Origin: Rebecca billardiae RCC1528 | Lineage: Eukaryota; Protista; Haptophyta | Direction of reading: 5' to 3' | Assembly (NCBI GenBank): GCA_965240325.2 | Contig: OZ251240.1 | Coordinates: forward strand, 248,001-312,000 | DNA: 64,000 nucleotides | Part shown: one piece after another, positions 60,201 to 64,000 of the stretch | Layout of the letters: every line of letters starts with the position of its first letter | How positions within the stretch are numbered: the first letter of the stretch is position 1 | Program-made: the position numbers and the translations under genes | Notes under the pieces: generated by a model | What the model was told of the DNA's origin: nothing | Seen by the model: the letters and a program-made list of their open reading frames with translations, nothing else | Databases searched by the model: none

Positions 60201-63200
60201 GCCGCACTGCATGCCGCTCCGCCGCCACTCCTCACGGCCGCGCGCCCACAGGGCTGCGGCTCCGCGACCGAGCCGCAGGGCTGCGGCCGCAGGCCTGCGG
60301 CCGCAGCCCTGCGGAAGCAGGCTGATGCTGCTGCTCGGCTCAGTCGTGCGGCGCGAGGCGAGCGGGCAGGCGGGTGGCAGCGGTGCTGATTGGCGCGTCC
60401 TCGACGCCCATGCTCGCTCCGAGCCGCGCTGCACGCCGCGCCGCCGCCACTCCTCACGGCCGCGCGCCCGCAGGGCTGCGGCTCCGCGCCCGAGCCGCAG
60501 CCCTGCGGCCGCAGCCCTGCGGCCGCAGCCCTGCGGCCGCAGGCCTGCGCTGGCCCAGCAGGCTGCTGCTGCTGCTCGGCTCACTCACGCGGCGCGAGGC
60601 GATTGGCGCGTCCTCGACGCCCATGCTCGCTCCGAGCCGCGCTGCACGCCGCGCCGCCGCCACTCCTCACGGCCGCGCGCCCGCAGGGCTGCGGCTTCGC
60701 GCCCGAGCCGCAGCCCTGCGGCGCAGGCCTGCGGCCGCAGGCTTGCGGAAGCAGGCTGCTGCTGCTGCTCGGCTCAGTCGTGCGGCGCGAGGCGAGCGGG
60801 CAGGCGGGTGTCAGCGGTGCTGATTGGCGCGTCCTCGACGCCCATGCTCGCTCCGAGCCGCGCTGCATGACGCGCCGCCGCCGCTCCTCACGGCCGCGCG
60901 CCCGCAGGGCTGCGGCTCCGCGCCCGAGCCGCAGCCCTGCGGCCGCAGCCCTGCGGCCGCAGCCCTGCGGCCGCAGGCCTGCGGTGGCCCAGCAGGCTGC
61001 TGCTGCTGCTCGGCTCAGTCGCGCGGCGCGAGGCGATTGGCGCGTCCTCGACGCCCATGCTCGCTCCGAGCCGCGCTGCACGCCGCGCCGCCGCCACTCC
61101 TCACGGCCGCGCGCCCGCAGGGCTGCGGCTCCGCGCCCGAGCCGCAGCCCTGCGGCCGCAGCCCTGCGGCCGCAGCCTTGCGGCCGCAGGCCTGCGGTGG
61201 CCCAGCAGGCTGCTGCTGCTGCTCGGCCCACTCGCGCGGCGCGAGGCGATCGGCGCGTCCTCGACGCCCATGCTCGCTCCGAGCCGCGCTGCACGCCGCG
61301 CCGCCGCCACTCCTCACGGCCGCGCGCCCGCAGGGCTGCGGCTCCGCGCCCGAGCCGCAGCCCTGCGGCCGCAGCCCTGCGGCCGCAGGCCTGCGGTGGC
61401 CCAGCAGGCTGCTGCTGCTGCTCGGCCCACTCGCGCGGCGCGAGGCGATTGGCGCGTCCTCGACGCCCATGCTCGCTCCGAGCCGCACTGCATGCCGCGC
61501 CGCCGCCACTCCTCACGGCCGCGCGCCCACAGGGCTGCGGCTCCGCGACCGAGCCGCAGGGCTGCGGCCGCAGGCCTGCGGCCGCAGCCCTGCGGAAGCA
61601 GGCTGATGCTGCTGCTCGGCTCAGTCGCGCGGCGCGAGGCGAGCGGGCGGGTCCTCGACGCTCATGCTCGCTCCGAGCCGCGCTGCACGCCGCGCCGCCG
61701 CCACTCCTCACGGCCGCGCGCCCGCAGGGCTGCGGCTCCGCGCCCGAGCCGCAGCCCTGCGGCCGCAGCCCTGCGGCCGCAGCCTTGCGGCCGCAGGCCT
61801 GCGGTGGCCCAGCAGGCTGCTGCTGCTGCTCGGCCCACTCGCGCGGCGCGAGGCGATCGGCGCGTCCTCGACGCCCATGCTCGCTCCGAGCCGCGCTGCA
61901 CGCCGCGCCGCCGCCACTCCTCACGGCCGCGCGCCCGCAGGGCTGCGGCTCCGCGCCCGAGCCGCAGCCCTGCGGCCGCAGCCCTGCGGCCGCAGGCCTG
62001 CGGTGGCCCAGCAGGCTCCTGCTGCTGCTCGGCCCACTCGCGCGGCGCGAGGCGATTGGCGGGTCCTCGACGCTCATGCTCGCTCCGAGCCGCGCTGCAC
62101 GCCGCGCCGCCGCCACTCCTCACGGCCGCGCGCCCGCAGGGCTGCGGCTCCGCGCCCGAGCCGCAGCCCTGCGGCCGCAGCCCTGCGGCCGCAGGCCTGC
62201 GGTGGCCCAGCAGGCTGCTGCTGCTGCTCGGCCCACTCGCGCGGCGCGAGGCGATCGGCGCGTCCTCGACGCCCATGCTCGCTCCGAGCCGCGCTGCACG
62301 CCGCGCCGCCGCCACTCCTCACGGCCGCGCGCCCGCAGGGCTGCGGCTCCGCGCCCGAGCCGCAGCCCTGCGGCCGCAGCCCTGCGGCCGCAGGCCTGCG
62401 GTGGCCCAGCAGGCTGCTGCTGCTGCTCGGCCCACTCGCGCGGCGCGAGGCGATTGGCGCGTCCTCGACGCCCATGCTCGCTCCGAGCCGCACTGCATGC
62501 CGCGCCGCCGCCACTCCTCACGGCCGCGCGCCCACAGGGCTGCGGCTCCGCGACCGAGCCGCAGGGCTGCGGCCGCAGGCCTGCGGCCGCAGCCCTGCGG
62601 AAGCAGGCTGATGCTGCTGCTCGGCTCAGTCGCGCGGCGCGAGGCGAGCGGGCGGGCGGGTGGCCGTGGTGCTGATTGGCGCGTCCTCGACGCCCATGCT
62701 CGCTCCGAGCCGCGCTGCATGACGCGCCGCCGCCGCTCCTCACGGCCGCGCGCCCGCAGGGCTGCGGCTCCGCGCCCGAGCCGCAGCCCTGCGGCCGCAG
62801 CCCTGCGGCCGCAGCCCTGCGGCCGCAGGCCTGCGGTGGCCCAGCAGGCTGCTGCTGCTGCTCGGCCCACTCGCGCGGCGCGAGGCGATTGGTGCGTCCT
62901 CGACGCCCATGCTCGCTCCGAGCCGCGCTGCACGCCGCGCCGCCGCCACTCCTCACGGCCGCGCGCCCGCAGGGCTGTGGCTTCGCGCCCGAGCCGTAGC
63001 CCTGCGGCCGCAGCCCTGCGGCCGCAGGCCTGCGGTGGCCCAGCAGGCTGCTGCTGCTGCTCGGCTCAGTCGCGCGGTGAGCGGGCGGGCGGCTGGCGGT
63101 GGTGCTGGATGGCGCGTCCTCGACGCCCATGCTCGCTCCGAGCCGCGCTGCACGCCGCGCCGCCGCCACTTCTCACGGCCGCGCGCCCGCAGGGCTGCGG

Positions 63201-64000
63201 CTTCGCGCCCGAGCCGCAGCCCTGCGGCCGCAGCCCTGCGGCCGCAGGCCTGCGGTGGCCCAGCAGGCTGCTGCTGCTGCTCGGCTCAGTCGCGCAGCAC
63301 GCGGCGAGCGGGCGGGCGGGTGGCAGCGGTGCTGATTGGCGCGTCCTCGACGCCCATGCTCGCCCCGAGCCGCGCTGCATGCCTCGCCGCCGCCACTCCT
63401 CACGGCCGCGCGCCCGCAGGGCTGCGGCTCCGCGCAAGAGCCGCAGCCCTGCGGCCGCAGCCCTGCGGCCGCAGGCCTGCGGCCGCAGGCCTGCGGTGGC
63501 CCAGCAGGCTGCTGCTGCTGCTCGGCCCACTCGCGCGGCGCGAGGCGATTGGCGCGTCCTCGACGCCCATGCTCGCTCCGAGCCGCACTGCATGCCGCGC
63601 CGCCGCCACTCCTCACGGCCGCGCGCCCACAGGGCTGCGGCTCCGCGACCGAGCCGCAGGGCTGCGGCCGCAGGCCTGCGGCCGCAGCCCTGCGGAAGCA
63701 GGCTGATGCTGCTGCTCGGCTCAGTCGCGCGGCGCGAGGCGAGCGGGCGGGCGGGTGGCAGTGGTGCTGATTGGCGCGTCCTCGACGCCCATGCTCGCTC
63801 CGAGCCGCGCTGCATGCCTCGCCGCCGCCACTCCTCACGGCCGCGCGCCCGCAGGGCTGCGGCTCCGCGCAAGAGCCGCAGCCCTGCGGCCGCAGCCCTG
63901 CGGCCGCAGGCCTGCGGCCGCAGGCCTGCGGTGGCCCAGCAGGCTGCTGCTGCTGCTCGGCCCACTCGCGCGGCGCGAGGCGATTGGCGCGTCCTCGACG
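27260..64000 (+). repeat. GC-rich tandem satellite array, >36.7 kb (continues past window end), monomers ~185-240 bp (199, 213, 206, 220-222 common), roughly 170-180 copies; candidate centromeric/pericentromeric satellite
   Basis: Head-to-tail repeats of GATTGGCGCGTCCTCGACGCCCATGCTCGCTCCGAGCCGC(G/A)CTGCA(C/T)GCCGCGCCGCCGCCACTCCTCACGGCCGCGCGCCCGCAGGGCTGCGGCTCCGCGCCCGAGCCGCAG[14-mer]n...GGCCCAGCAGGCTGCTGCTGCTGCTCGG...; single orientation, no insertions seen. Confidence 0.97.

Noticed and set aside
27670-63965. Very long ORFs (up to 2014 aa) on both strands across the satellite
   Set aside because: All frames are open because the repeat is very GC-rich and stop-poor. Monomer lengths are mostly not multiples of 3, the 14-bp indels cycle the same three translations, and no domain is present.
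27260-64000. CRISPR-like or other repeat-spacer array
   Set aside because: There are no unique spacers: the entire monomer is repeated. No cas genes are present and the context is eukaryotic.

Overview
Very GC-rich eukaryotic DNA with short spliceosomal introns (GTGCGC...CGCAG). The composition and intron style suggest a haptophyte or similar alga, but that is an inference. The window has three zones. (1) 1-12.8 kb is gene-rich. It holds the 3' part of a RING-H2 protein gene and a 3-exon gene (1457-7007, ~1749 aa) that fuses a Dug3/EgtC-type class II glutamine amidotransferase to WD40 repeats and a Dug2-like M20A peptidase domain, i.e. the yeast Dug2-Dug3 glutathione-degrading complex as one polypeptide. 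It also holds a convergent 10-exon Ser/Thr kinase gene whose linker was built by nested duplication of exon+intron modules. (2) 13.8-27.3 kb begins with a few diverged satellite monomers. These are followed by a 12.7-kb nest of non-autonomous inverted-repeat elements: an outer element with ~0.8-kb TIRs and a target duplication inside a satellite monomer, a foldback element inside its left TIR, two further TIR elements, and LTR-like fragments embedded in (TA)n tracts. (3) 27.26 kb to the window end is an uninterrupted >36.7-kb GC-rich tandem satellite. Its monomers are ~185-240 bp, carry a variable number of palindromic 14-bp subunits and a 17-bp-stem hairpin, and form patchy higher-order repeats; it is a candidate centromeric or pericentromeric array. 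The very long ORFs across the satellite are artefacts of GC content and repetition.
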